Virus record (IMG/VR): IMGVR_UViG_3300027861_002706
Coordinates: 32,001 to 96,000 of that record
Reading direction: 5' to 3' (one strand)
Source: a virus
DNA length: 64,000 bases
Program-made: the position numbers and the translations under genes
Notes under the pieces: generated by a model
Databases searched by the model: none
Seen by the model: only the letters and a program-made list of their open reading frames with translations
Told to the model about the DNA's origin: nothing
Shown here: in pieces, positions 40,001 through 49,296 of the stretch
How positions within the stretch are numbered: the stretch's first letter is position 1
Layout: each line of letters starts with the position of its first letter

Positions 40001-42696
40001 AGTGCATTCCTGCCGAAAGAACCCATAGGTTCTTCCGCTCTTGTTCCTACCTCCGCTGCGAGAGATGCCATCATATATTGCTTACCTACATCGAGATTTT
40101 TAGTACCGATAACCCCCATTCTTGCGAGTGTCTGATTAAGCGAGCCTGCTTGTTCCCTTAATGCAGCCTCGGCTTGTTCTTGCGTATGAGCTGGTAACTG
40201 TTTTAATATCTCGTGGACATCAACTTCATGGAATGTCTTTTCTATTAGTTCCTTGAATAGAAGAGAATCTTTTCCTCCGGCGGCCTCATGTAGGTGCTTC
40301 ATGAACTGCTCGTTGGTTACACGTTCTAACTTGCTCCCCAGGCCGTGGATCTGTGTAGTTATCCCACTACCTATTATCTCTTGGTTAGAAGTTCCGCCCA
40401 TTACGTTTACTAATCGCTGAGTAGCAACTTCGCTCCCAGTCTCTGTGATAATATGTGCAAGGTTCCTGAGCAGTGTTTCGTTAAAGCCGAAGTCAAATCC
40501 CTCTGCAACTCCCTTCATTGCGTCTGAACTCCACCGGCCAGAACCGGTTTTCGTCCTATCCATATCCTTAATTCCCTTAACGGAAATTCCTAGATCTCCC
40601 ATTACAAAATGTTGTCCCCCAGATGAATCTATTCCTGTGAGCTGTCCTACGATAGCTTGCACTGCGGTAGGTCCAACAACCTGAGATGTACTAACCCTCT
40701 GGCTACCTACCATATGTCCTGCACTAACACTAGTACGTGCGGGTGCCCTTGTAGTCCTATGCGGCCCTTCCGCCATGATTAGTTCCAGCTGCCCAGTTCC
40801 AGGAATTAATCTATATCCGGTGACATATGTATGATCCGGATCCATTCCTCGCTGCTTAACAATATTCATCATATCGTTAGCATGCCTGAGGTCTTTCACC
40901 ATCACATCTTCAGATCGAGCCACCCCTTGTCCAATTACTGCTTTATCTATACCAGCAGGTTGTACGTCGAACCCTACCGCGGAAATAGATCTTCTAACTT
41001 TACGGTCTGCTGTAACCTGCAAGTCATATTCAAGAGCTTTTAGCTGGATCGGACTACCAAAATTTACCTTTTGATCGCCTGCGACTTTGCTGGTCATCGA
41101 CTGTTGATGCTGTCCAATTGCATCGACTAAATCATTACGCAGGAATCCTAAAAATTCTTGAGTCCCATCCTCTAAAATCTGGAGCTCTTTGAGATTGATT
41201 TTATGGGATACGGTACGTCTAGACATACCAGTCATAGGATCAAGATCTAGCTGCTTCACTAGCTCGCTAGACATCACTACACCAGAGTCGCCAAAAATTG
41301 CTTTGTTTAATACGGGGTCTGCAAACTGTAGTCCTAACGCCCTTATTCCAAAAGCTACGTCGTCAGAGATGCTCGCACCCCCACGTGCACTTCTGATTTC
41401 GTGCTTTAATAATTCGTTAGTCTCACTACTGAAACCCATTATCTCTGCTACAGCTGTAGGCAATTCTTTAATATCTCTTAGGACAATCGGGGCCCTGGAC
41501 AGATGAAATTGCCTGCCTTTTTCGAACGTTTCCTGTCCGGGTAATACAGTAAGGTTTTTAACATCCTCAATAGTTCCTTTGATATATACTCTCTGCTTAC
41601 CCCTACTACCATCTGCGAGGTTGGGCCTGAATGCAGATTCTGCGCTTTGTGGAGTCCATGCAAAATTGAAATTCTTGAGTCTTTCACTAAGAGGATCAAT
41701 ACCTAGCGCAGATGATCCTTCGGGGACTCCACGTTTAGTAATCCTCTCTATATGATCTGTTACGGCTTGTTGCGCAGTATTCAGCTCTCTGCGCATTTCT
41801 CCCGAATTAAATCTTTCTGCATGGGTATGAGGATCATATCCAGTAATCAGTATCTGCCTTAGTCTGTCTTCCTCTAGCATGAGTTTGAACAGGTCGGAAT
41901 CCTGACTCACTTCTAGCATTATTTGGTTTCTGGCCCCGAGAAGATGCCTACCTAGCTTAGGCTGGCCAGAGTACGACATGGGGTCAATCATTCCTGCGCT
42001 ATTTTTAGTACGCATCTCGAACGGGAGTCTATTGTCGAATAAGTCCTCTGTAGCCCCAATCACTTGATTTATAGTCTTATTTAATTTGCTAAAATCAGAC
42101 TGATCCTTCATTACTGTATTGATTTCTCGATATACTGTTTCAGAAAAACTTGTAGGTTTTGTCAGACGATCGTTTCCTCCGATAGTTCCAACACCAGCAG
42201 GAACGCTATATGTACTACCTCCTTTGAACATATACTCATTCGCGCTCTGGCTAACTCTCCCAGGAAAATCCGGATTCATATCATCTGCGAATAGAGGTAT
42301 GTGCACAGCCTTTTTACCTTGGCCATGAGGAGTAAACACAAGTGAGCCACCCCTGTGAACTAGCGTGCCTTCATTGCTACCTGCTATACCTGTTATTAAC
42401 TGGCTAAGTCCCTCGCTCTGGGAGCCAGTCTTATATACATCTGGTAAATTATCTATACTACTAATTGTTTTCCCAGGTAGACTCAACTTGACCTTGGAGA
42501 ACAGATCTTCTTGAGTGGTGCCTGTCGAGGCTCCTATGGCCAGTGCTGCTGCTAGGTTTGCTTTAGCGGTGTGGCTAATTCCACCACGCAGAGGAGGGGT
42601 TTCACCGAAATGAATATCGACTACATCTCTTTGAAATACCTTTATTGCATCTTGTCCCTCACTTGAGGCGGATCCAGGTGTGGGGGTGCTGGCCAT
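37039..42696 (-). CDS. Putative single-chain two-barrel (beta+beta'-like) RNA polymerase or RNAP-derived virion protein (1885 aa)
   Basis: Collinear motifs: FGDSGVVMSSELV (aa ~470, beta FEDS-like); AGHMVGSQRV (~660); ALSIKQRDLMML (~900, like GQRFGEMEVWAL); AKQGLF (~1197, like GKQGRF); GVREP (~1269, like NRAP); GDLDKDAINLF (D1320/D1322/D1324, like ADFDGD). Confidence 0.6.
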   Translation of the reverse strand: MASTPTPGSASSEGQDAIKVFQRDVVDIHFGETPPLRGGISHTAKANLAAALAIGASTGTTQEDLFSKVKLSLPGKTISSIDNLPDVYKTGSQSEGLSQLITGIAGSNEGTLVHRGGSLVFTPHGQGKKAVHIPLFADDMNPDFPGRVSQSANEYMFKGGSTYSVPAGVGTIGGNDRLTKPTSFSETVYREINTVMKDQSDFSKLNKTINQVIGATEDLFDNRLPFEMRTKNSAGMIDPMSYSGQPKLGRHLLGARNQIMLEVSQDSDLFKLMLEEDRLRQILITGYDPHTHAERFNSGEMRRELNTAQQAVTDHIERITKRGVPEGSSALGIDPLSERLKNFNFAWTPQSAESAFRPNLADGSRGKQRVYIKGTIEDVKNLTVLPGQETFEKGRQFHLSRAPIVLRDIKELPTAVAEIMGFSSETNELLKHEIRSARGGASISDDVAFGIRALGLQFADPVLNKAIFGDSGVVMSSELVKQLDLDPMTGMSRRTVSHKINLKELQILEDGTQEFLGFLRNDLVDAIGQHQQSMTSKVAGDQKVNFGSPIQLKALEYDLQVTADRKVRRSISAVGFDVQPAGIDKAVIGQGVARSEDVMVKDLRHANDMMNIVKQRGMDPDHTYVTGYRLIPGTGQLELIMAEGPHRTTRAPARTSVSAGHMVGSQRVSTSQVVGPTAVQAIVGQLTGIDSSGGQHFVMGDLGISVKGIKDMDRTKTGSGRWSSDAMKGVAEGFDFGFNETLLRNLAHIITETGSEVATQRLVNVMGGTSNQEIIGSGITTQIHGLGSKLERVTNEQFMKHLHEAAGGKDSLLFKELIEKTFHEVDVHEILKQLPAHTQEQAEAALREQAGSLNQTLARMGVIGTKNLDVGKQYMMASLAAEVGTRAEEPMGSFGRNALSIKQRDLMMLAESVDFAHGQRMHPDRDPKTGELLKKRDGKYINPDTNQPYSNQRFHQKQISEKKGLIFNALSEANPAIFAKDHEMSLIYQQMRHFKETSFGFEALRKIGADGDLKTGDVSRLKFKGEGEAYGSGEIGPKRFRPKLAAGGIESEYGINQLRKRGASGKVNLEDIGKSLLGLVSSEGGVAKISDQAFLIQGEHGPMLVPSAKTMQFIEEQGFVRVSQGGRQFEKLADDAAAKLGSGQSAKVEAQSMYLDILESVETLRDSSADNRLAETSDIGKKLDKLYQVMAANTMAKQGLFYSSEIGAAGIQSGARMRLQTHSSLGKFQVGMTEKAFRSMHFTPGMDDGALDKLVEKAWAGKHYTTGVREPAAGGRQMFALQTVLLKDTAFASADIVDDFEFKHTAYLNNMLIEFAAEGDLDKDAINLFRLASMDDSTMRGIHQGQIEMMDGILSNLKGSPDNEMARSLGLAGQTSFNYGDVNKLISQTADMTSEATVRQHTFESLIKIAGHGHSTPIVEGHFRARSYVDYMVTQLIDLQASGEGQSLLRTNLEARLDDAGIDRLGKFLGKASGIFTESVAGAGGPTRTASTYHYTDARNLIKYMFLKKAAHGVSGQEPAELILNALKAGSSQARSDMDHGSMGFMYDLIEGRSGTKAGDLIDQVSNNLLRAAEIIEPGTDGLFRKLHEMEPQTLSILQKLSGSGNDEQMRQLAHNLAKRMMFIEVMAQELQVGTRGTGLGMPFEGVVRNLSSVIGGLVNDNVFGASGIASLTMADFQGLAAMDTSGAGLNEVLSAEFHETMTRMRQNNVNIADYGPDNARVGGASVSSNASRSGMLSGEFFQNISRTKFFKPAAAVIGGLAGIEAVRSTLDRFSPGNVPVSMYNSSGTLPPVPVMSTPNDPTFNPNAMPNTRIARITRSEGKRSRLNVSGKMNAPADFRGMTNQYALHNGYVPKIQGSFRSELNGTMARSEIATDLRDRMDSVF
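41379..41423. repeat. 45-bp exact direct repeat, copy 1 (inside the 1885-aa gene)
   Basis: CCCCACGTGCACTTCTGATTTCGTGCTTTAATAATTCGTTAGTCT is identical to 49339-49383. The flanking bases differ on both sides. Confidence 0.95.
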
Positions 42697-42697
42697 C

Positions 42698-45600
42698 TTA
42701 GCTCCTTAGTATTTCTGATGCTATTCTAAAGTAATCGTCAAGTTCTTTTCTCGAAGTCATATCATAGTTGACTATATTTTCTAGCCCGGATCCGAGATCC
42801 TCGTTTATGTCGTAATCAGTTATACCTGATTGCATTAACTCTGCTTCCAACTGCTGTCTAGCTGCAGCATCTAGTCCAGATCTGGTATAAAAGTGATAGA
42901 TATCTAGATCTGGTTCTGGGAATTCTGTTCTTAACCTATTTGCAGTTCTTGCAAACACCCCCGACCTGTGAGCATCATTAGAGACTGACCCCCAAACAGA
43001 ATCCATTGTTCTGATTCGAACAGCATTCATTGGAACATCTGGATGGAACCCAGCCCAATCTGCTCCTGGCATTCCATGTGCCATCATGCTTTGTGCAGCT
43101 CTGGCATCGGGGTGTCTTCTTATATTGCTATAGTCAAATGAAGTATCTCCTTGCTTTGCCCAGGCTGCCTGATATACCGGTTTTAAGTACTCAGGAACAT
43201 ACTGCAATACTTCTTTACGTTTAGACGTAGTGAAGTCGAGGGACCTCATGAACAGCTGCTTTTCCCTTGTTGGCAAAGCGATTAGGGAGTCTCGCACAAA
43301 CTGCTTAGCCCCTAAAGAATAGTCCAGTGATGCTACTGTCCGTTTTTTAAGATCTATAAAGTGCGCTGCTACTTTATGTAGTCCTTCTACCTTCGCCTTT
43401 TTCTCTAGACGCCGTAGCTTTATGTATTCTAGTGAATCAAAATATTCATCCATTCTTCTTCTATCGGTGACATACTCGGGGACGTAGCCTCCAGCTAGCT
43501 GACCAGTATTCATCGCCCGTATAGACGAACTACCCCCAAAGTGAATCGCTCCGGCAGTGGACATCACTATACGAGAGATGGGATTCGCACCCATGAGAAC
43601 TCCGGTAGTGAACCCACCGATAGTTGCAGTAAACGGATCTGTTGCTTTGAGCTGCTCTGCCATTGGTCTTAGCATAGTAGTATATGGCTTAGTCCAATCA
43701 TACTCATCTGTATCGTATACTTCTCTTTTAATATATGCGTCAAGCTCGTCTCTAACTGGCAGCATCTTGTTCGACAACATTGGACCGAGTATAGGTATTG
43801 TTATACCCAATCTAGCTACTATGTCATGCGAGAACACTTCCCATGCAGCACCAACTGCTTGCTCCGGAATAGTGTAATAGGCGTCTATGCCCTCTTGGTT
43901 TTCTTCATTGGTTTTTTGCTCGACTAGTCCGGAGAATTGTTCTCCTATCGAAGTAAATTTTCTAGAATATGTAGCGTACCTGTTTAACTTCTGCTTAACG
44001 CCTTCTTTTGTTTTTACTAACTTATCTGTCCAATATTCATCTACTGTTCCAGACTTAAGCATAGAGTCTACAAGTATACTGTAATGCTTATAGGATTCAG
44101 AATGGGGAGCAACATCCGCTAACACCATGAATCTATCTACAGCGTCATATATCCCAGGAGATCCACTATGCAGTCTAAAGGCAATTTCTTTAGCTGTGCC
44201 AGGCAACCTTAGTTCGCCATGGGGTATCTTTGAGTATGGGTCACCCGTACTGAAATCTATGTGGTAGTTTGTGTCTCCCGGGAAAACCCCCATTGCTGTA
44301 TTCCCAGTAAAGCTGGATCTGGATCCAGGTAACCAGGATGGCATCGTATTAGGAATAGTATTTGTAGCTTGTCGCTGTGCTTGAAGATAATCAGACATGA
44401 CAAATCTACGAAGAAGCTCAGTGTGCCCCATCAGGCCACCAACGCTTTCATCATAGAAAGCTCTAGTCGTAGAATTCATAAACCCAGCATCTGCTAGCTG
44501 AGGCGCAGATGGATTAGTGGACTTAAATGGCATGTCCCATAGTCCGAATTTATAGATACCAGAAAGCTCACTCATATGAGCGATGCTAGTAGACAAAGTC
44601 GCGCTCTTTTTAGCAGGAGATAATTCCGCCCTTGCGGGATACGGATCCATTCCCATCTCTACTACTGACTCACCTGGAGTTTGGTATGCTCTTAACCCAG
44701 TTGCGTTACCTCCCGGTACGCCCATGCTTCCTATGGTCCTATTCGATAATTTTTCTATAGAAAACGCAGTAGGGTAGGGTCTATCAAATCTATGTTTCTC
44801 TGCTAGATATTCATCTCCGGTAGGATCGAACATAGCTCCGACTAGAGGCATGTGCTCTAGAAGAGATCCAACGGCAGGAATATCAGTCAGTGGGTTTAAT
44901 ATATTTCCCGCAAGCTCTGGTACTCTAAACAGATTGCTTGGGGTCGGTAGAAAACTTACGCTTCTAAAATATTCTGCCTGGGAGCCATATAGTGTATCGG
45001 TATACTTGTACTCAGATCGCATCCTGGCAAACATGCCAGGAGCAAAATAACTTATTTTTCCACCACTAAAAGGTTGCTTACCAAGCATCCAATATCTACC
45101 GGACCTCATAGGAACCGGTTGCTCACCAGATAATATATCTCTAGTTTCCTTAGGGGTTTCTGTTATGCCTGGGAACGGAAGTTCTCCGATAGCTGCAGAT
45201 ATTCCTCCGGCTATGAGTAGGCCACTTTTGTTTGGTAGCATTTTTAGCGCGATTGCAAACGGTGCTATTGTCCGTATAAAATCTGAGGCTGAACTTTCCA
45301 CAGATCCTGGCATCAAGTCTTCCATATATCTCGCTGCAGGAGATACACCAGTAAACTCTCTCAAGAACTGTGCAGAGATTTTAGCTACACTATAGGCATC
45401 TAACAGTAAGTTAGAGGCCTTGTACCCACCAGTAGGAATACCAGATAAATAATCTGCATATTTTACCCCCTCTAGAGCTAAAGCTCCTCCCGCTGCCATA
45501 CCAAATATTTTTGCCGTGTTTCCTACAAAGCCAAACATTCCTGGAGTAGCTCTGAAGCCAAGACCTGTAGTCGCTCCAATCAAGTCATTGAGCCTAGTAG

Positions 45601-47320
45601 TCATAAAGTTAGCTACATCTGCTAGCCTACTAGAGATGTCGGACTTGAATGCGAATGAATCTAGGGGGCGAGTTTGTCTTCTCTCGAATCCACCAACTGG
45701 TCCGGCAGATACATTCTCGATGGCAGTAGCAGGGCGTACGCCGTAATCAGATTGGCTAACACCCTTTACTGGCTTGACTACTTTCTTGAGTATTCCACTT
45801 CTTTGTTCTCTCTGCACATACTCAATAGAAGTTTCATCTCCTAATGCAGCAAGTACATCTCGCTTAGTCTCCTCGAAGTATCCACGATCCCTGGGGTCTG
45901 GCCTAGATTGCCTCTGTACTCTCTGCCTAGATTGATCAATTAAGTCTAACTTAGATCCATCAACCTCAGAAGTTCCAGTCCTTCTTGCTACTTCTTTCGC
46001 CGTCTCATCTATTCGAGTAGTTTCTTTTACTACAGGTGTTCCCTTAGTCCTCCTTTTAACAAGATCGGTTGTAGCTCTTTTAAGGAAAGACTCTTGTGTC
46101 GCATACTTCCTTCCTATTCCTATGTCGTCTAATAGCGCATTAAACCATTTTAGTACAGGATTCCTAGATGTAGATTCTATTTCCTCAGAGGACATTCGAG
46201 TCTGGCTTTTAAGTTGCCCCCTGCTGGCAAGTACTGCTTCACCTATCTTGTTCTTTCCGCTTGCTCTATATCCGGAATCAACAAATTCAAGCTTAGCAGC
46301 AGTACTACCGTCTCCTCTGGGGGCTATTTTGAATAAGTCTTCACCTATTACGAGCCTGTGTGCAGCAGGATCAGATACCTCAGGCGCACGAACTATTGCG
46401 GAAGCTTCACCTTTACCGAAGAGGTGCCTAATGGGCCCAGCAAAAATATCACTAACACGCAGATTCGCAAACGGTAACTGAATTTCATCTGTCAGTCTTT
46501 TTAGTATACCACCGACATGTTGGCCACTTAATATTCTTGTGTCTATGACCTTTTTTGTAGCTGTATCTAAGAATATTCTTTCATCTATTCTTTGATCACC
46601 CGCAAGCAATCCCCATCTTTTCGCATCCACTAAGCCATCTATCTGATCTTTACCAAACAGATCAACAATTTGTTTATGCTGGATACTGTCTGTAGACATA
46701 GCGATAAGTTTATCGACGGTAAGATCTTCTACGCCTTCAGCTGAATTAAACTGTCGGGTATACCTTTCTCTAATCGACTCACGCATTCTAGTGACAATAT
46801 CTTGGGCGTCCTGAGATATTGATCTTGTTCCTTCAACACCGCTAAAGAACGTGCCATGAATGTCTGCCTGATGCAATGTATCAAGATTTCTCTTCGTATC
46901 TTCTAGTATTTGAAGATGTGATATTAGAGGTGTACCTTCGGCTGTCATCCTGAGATTGGCAGCCGCTGCTTCATCAATCTTACCGGACAATCCTCCGGCG
47001 GTAGCAGCAATATTTAGATAAGTTTTAGATGCCGCCCGCTGGCCCCTATTAAGCATACTGGTGAGCTTACCAGCCACCTCCATACCTAGGTTGCCTAACG
47101 GTCTTTTAGATATTAAATTTACTGCTGCACCAATTAATGCTATCTTTGATATATTGCTAGAAAGCGCATAGTTCTCTCTTAGTATACGCTCTTCGTTAAA
47201 GGCGGGCTCGTCATCTCTAGATGATGCAATTCTATCTCTAAGCCGCTCAGGATCTTGGATAAGATCCCTATGGAAACTATAATCTCTAGGTAGGTTGGAC
47301 TTATTTCTTTCTGATGGCAT
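42698..47320 (-). CDS. Tape measure-like protein (1540 aa)
   Basis: Follows the tube paralogs and chaperones. Ala/Gly-rich helical sequence with hydrophobic stretches (GMFGFVGNTAKIFGMAAGGALAL). SD GGAG. Confidence 0.65.
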   Translation of the reverse strand: MPSERNKSNLPRDYSFHRDLIQDPERLRDRIASSRDDEPAFNEERILRENYALSSNISKIALIGAAVNLISKRPLGNLGMEVAGKLTSMLNRGQRAASKTYLNIAATAGGLSGKIDEAAAANLRMTAEGTPLISHLQILEDTKRNLDTLHQADIHGTFFSGVEGTRSISQDAQDIVTRMRESIRERYTRQFNSAEGVEDLTVDKLIAMSTDSIQHKQIVDLFGKDQIDGLVDAKRWGLLAGDQRIDERIFLDTATKKVIDTRILSGQHVGGILKRLTDEIQLPFANLRVSDIFAGPIRHLFGKGEASAIVRAPEVSDPAAHRLVIGEDLFKIAPRGDGSTAAKLEFVDSGYRASGKNKIGEAVLASRGQLKSQTRMSSEEIESTSRNPVLKWFNALLDDIGIGRKYATQESFLKRATTDLVKRRTKGTPVVKETTRIDETAKEVARRTGTSEVDGSKLDLIDQSRQRVQRQSRPDPRDRGYFEETKRDVLAALGDETSIEYVQREQRSGILKKVVKPVKGVSQSDYGVRPATAIENVSAGPVGGFERRQTRPLDSFAFKSDISSRLADVANFMTTRLNDLIGATTGLGFRATPGMFGFVGNTAKIFGMAAGGALALEGVKYADYLSGIPTGGYKASNLLLDAYSVAKISAQFLREFTGVSPAARYMEDLMPGSVESSASDFIRTIAPFAIALKMLPNKSGLLIAGGISAAIGELPFPGITETPKETRDILSGEQPVPMRSGRYWMLGKQPFSGGKISYFAPGMFARMRSEYKYTDTLYGSQAEYFRSVSFLPTPSNLFRVPELAGNILNPLTDIPAVGSLLEHMPLVGAMFDPTGDEYLAEKHRFDRPYPTAFSIEKLSNRTIGSMGVPGGNATGLRAYQTPGESVVEMGMDPYPARAELSPAKKSATLSTSIAHMSELSGIYKFGLWDMPFKSTNPSAPQLADAGFMNSTTRAFYDESVGGLMGHTELLRRFVMSDYLQAQRQATNTIPNTMPSWLPGSRSSFTGNTAMGVFPGDTNYHIDFSTGDPYSKIPHGELRLPGTAKEIAFRLHSGSPGIYDAVDRFMVLADVAPHSESYKHYSILVDSMLKSGTVDEYWTDKLVKTKEGVKQKLNRYATYSRKFTSIGEQFSGLVEQKTNEENQEGIDAYYTIPEQAVGAAWEVFSHDIVARLGITIPILGPMLSNKMLPVRDELDAYIKREVYDTDEYDWTKPYTTMLRPMAEQLKATDPFTATIGGFTTGVLMGANPISRIVMSTAGAIHFGGSSSIRAMNTGQLAGGYVPEYVTDRRRMDEYFDSLEYIKLRRLEKKAKVEGLHKVAAHFIDLKKRTVASLDYSLGAKQFVRDSLIALPTREKQLFMRSLDFTTSKRKEVLQYVPEYLKPVYQAAWAKQGDTSFDYSNIRRHPDARAAQSMMAHGMPGADWAGFHPDVPMNAVRIRTMDSVWGSVSNDAHRSGVFARTANRLRTEFPEPDLDIYHFYTRSGLDAAARQQLEAELMQSGITDYDINEDLGSGLENIVNYDMTSRKELDDYFRIASEILRS

Positions 47321-47323
47321 TGT

Positions 47324-47998
47324 CTACTCCGTAGATTGTGCTGAATTCCAACCTTCAGGGGATTGCGGTACTCGGTAGGAATCCGGCATCATTTTGCCCG
47401 GTAACCCCCTATGCATCTGCTTTTTCTGTTTTCTTACTTCTTTAGCAACTTGTTTTTGAGCATACTCTTCATCTAGAAACATTCTTAAATCTATCGGCTG
47501 TTCTAATGAAGTTTCTGCAATCGCAAAAAGCTTAGTCAATTCGGCTAATGTCATGTCCTCTAGCTCACATGGTTTAATCGCATGAAAATGCCGGGTTATG
47601 ACAGTCATCATCACTGAATCTAACGAGTTAATTGCTACTCTAGCCTCATTGAAATAGTCCGCTATCCCCTCATTGGAGCTAAATCCAGATATATCTATTA
47701 TACATTTACTTAGCATCTCAAAACACATACATGGTAAATCGTATAGCGGATTCTTATCTATATTAATCCAGTTAAATTCTGGCCAGATTATACAAGATTG
47801 CAGTATCTGCTCTGTAGGATCACATCCTAAATCGATGTCTTGCTGCAGAAATAAAAACTCCTGGCGAGTCATAGGTCTAATCAATATATTAGACACCTTA
47901 GACTCGCCAGGCTGACCAGAGAGATCAATTAGGAAGATTTCTTTGCAGGCTCTCCTTAGCCTAGGTATCTCTTCTTTAAGTCGTGGATCGAGAAACAC
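47324..47998 (-). CDS. Tail assembly chaperone paralog 2 (224 aa)
   Basis: IRPMTRQEF and LSKCIIDISGF parallel IRSLNRREY and LHDSILAISGY of the upstream ORF. Located directly before the TMP. GTG start with TAAGG upstream. Confidence 0.65.
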   Translation of the reverse strand: MFLDPRLKEEIPRLRRACKEIFLIDLSGQPGESKVSNILIRPMTRQEFLFLQQDIDLGCDPTEQILQSCIIWPEFNWINIDKNPLYDLPCMCFEMLSKCIIDISGFSSNEGIADYFNEARVAINSLDSVMMTVITRHFHAIKPCELEDMTLAELTKLFAIAETSLEQPIDLRMFLDEEYAQKQVAKEVRKQKKQMHRGLPGKMMPDSYRVPQSPEGWNSAQSTE

Positions 47999-48001
47999 AT
48001 C

Positions 48002-48481
48002 CTAAACCTTAATTGGAGTAGGTGCACTTTGGTATCCTGAAATCGCAAGAATGGAATCATGAAGCGTAGTAGCTACACCTGAGGCCTTGCTCCTTAATTC
48101 ATCTAGTCCTAGCGGAGGATGAACAGTGCCCTGGGCAGCAATAGCTTCTTCACTCATCATGTTGAGTGTAGCTCTAACTCCTTCAGGATTCGCAGAATCT
48201 GCAGAAGCTTCAACTTCTTTAGCCATGGCCTCTGCCTGTGTTTGGACCAAGTTACGGTACTCTCGGCGGTTTAAGCTTCTAATGATGAACCATTCATCAG
48301 CACAATTAACAACATTGACATTGCTGAATTGTTTTTTGGCGGCTTGGATGATCGAGATAAACTCTTCATCCCATTCAAGCTCCTTAGCTTGCTGCCACGT
48401 AATCTCTAACCCTGGAATTTTGTCTTCCATATTTTTGAGCTTGGGTTCAGCCTTACTCTTTTTCTCTACTACAGTTTCCAA
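48002..48481 (-). CDS. Tail assembly chaperone paralog 1 (159 aa)
   Basis: TTG start with SD AGGAG. Acidic and helical. Lies between the tube paralogs and the TMP. Confidence 0.65.
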   Translation of the reverse strand: METVVEKKSKAEPKLKNMEDKIPGLEITWQQAKELEWDEEFISIIQAAKKQFSNVNVVNCADEWFIIRSLNRREYRNLVQTQAEAMAKEVEASADSANPEGVRATLNMMSEEAIAAQGTVHPPLGLDELRSKASGVATTLHDSILAISGYQSAPTPIKV

Positions 48482-48495
48482 TGTCTCTCCTTAAT

Positions 48496-49296
48496 CTAAC
48501 CACCTGAGACACTATTGCTCAGTGTGTTATTTGCTTGATGGCCATCAGCCATTCTACGTGCTGGAGCATTCCTTTCAACTATTTCTTTTGCGAAAAAGCT
48601 ATAAATCTCATAAATAGGAGATCCAGAAGAAGATACATCTCCACCACCAGTGGCTGAAGCAGATATTACTTGAGATTGACCAACTATATACGCATCTTTT
48701 ATAATAGTTTCTATATGATCTTCAGACGTTATACTACCATATGCTACGAGTATATCAAATGTACGTTTTTGTTTATATGCTTCGTTAGTTGATCTTCTAA
48801 GGTATTCAACAGCCGCCATTGCTTCGGGGGTTCTAGATAAAGCTCCGGAACTGAAGTTACCAAGCATACTGCGTAGAGAATTTAATCGCGATCTAGAACT
48901 GCCTGGTCTGTTATCTGCATCAAAACCCTTTAGTATGTCATCCCCATAATCTTTGGCAGCTATTTGAGCTAGCCATTTTACTCTTTCAGTAGAATCTTTA
49001 GAAAAGAATTCTTCCGCATCATTAACTGCTTGTCTATGCTCCTTAAGATCTGTTTGGCCTTGTTTAGTGAACTCTGCTATTGCAGTGGCTAGATATCCTG
49101 GATGTCTATAATTTATGACTAACCTCCCCGTAATTATCTTTCTGCCATTACTAACTGCAGAGAAGGTATCATCAGCCCATCCATATAGTGGAGTCTTGGA
49201 ATCCCTTGCATCCCAGTCAACTCTAAATGCATCGGATAGCCTATACCCTCCGATATAGATACCGACGTTACATGGAGTGTAGTATCTATCTGGCAT
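48496..49296 (-). CDS. Tail tube-fold paralog (tube initiator, gp48/gp54-like role; 266 aa)
   Basis: KTPLYGWADDTFSAVSNGRKIITGRLVINY and FDILVAYG...IIKDAYIVGQSQ parallel the major tube protein. Confidence 0.7.
   Translation of the reverse strand: MPDRYYTPCNVGIYIGGYRLSDAFRVDWDARDSKTPLYGWADDTFSAVSNGRKIITGRLVINYRHPGYLATAIAEFTKQGQTDLKEHRQAVNDAEEFFSKDSTERVKWLAQIAAKDYGDDILKGFDADNRPGSSRSRLNSLRSMLGNFSSGALSRTPEAMAAVEYLRRSTNEAYKQKRTFDILVAYGSITSEDHIETIIKDAYIVGQSQVISASATGGGDVSSSGSPIYEIYSFFAKEIVERNAPARRMADGHQANNTLSNSVSGG

Noticed and set aside
37039-42696. Calling the 1885-aa protein simply a second tape measure protein
   Set aside because: It lacks TMP-type periodic helical repeats over most of its length and contains ordered RNAP-like beta-strand motifs. 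Kept only as the fallback if the fold search fails.
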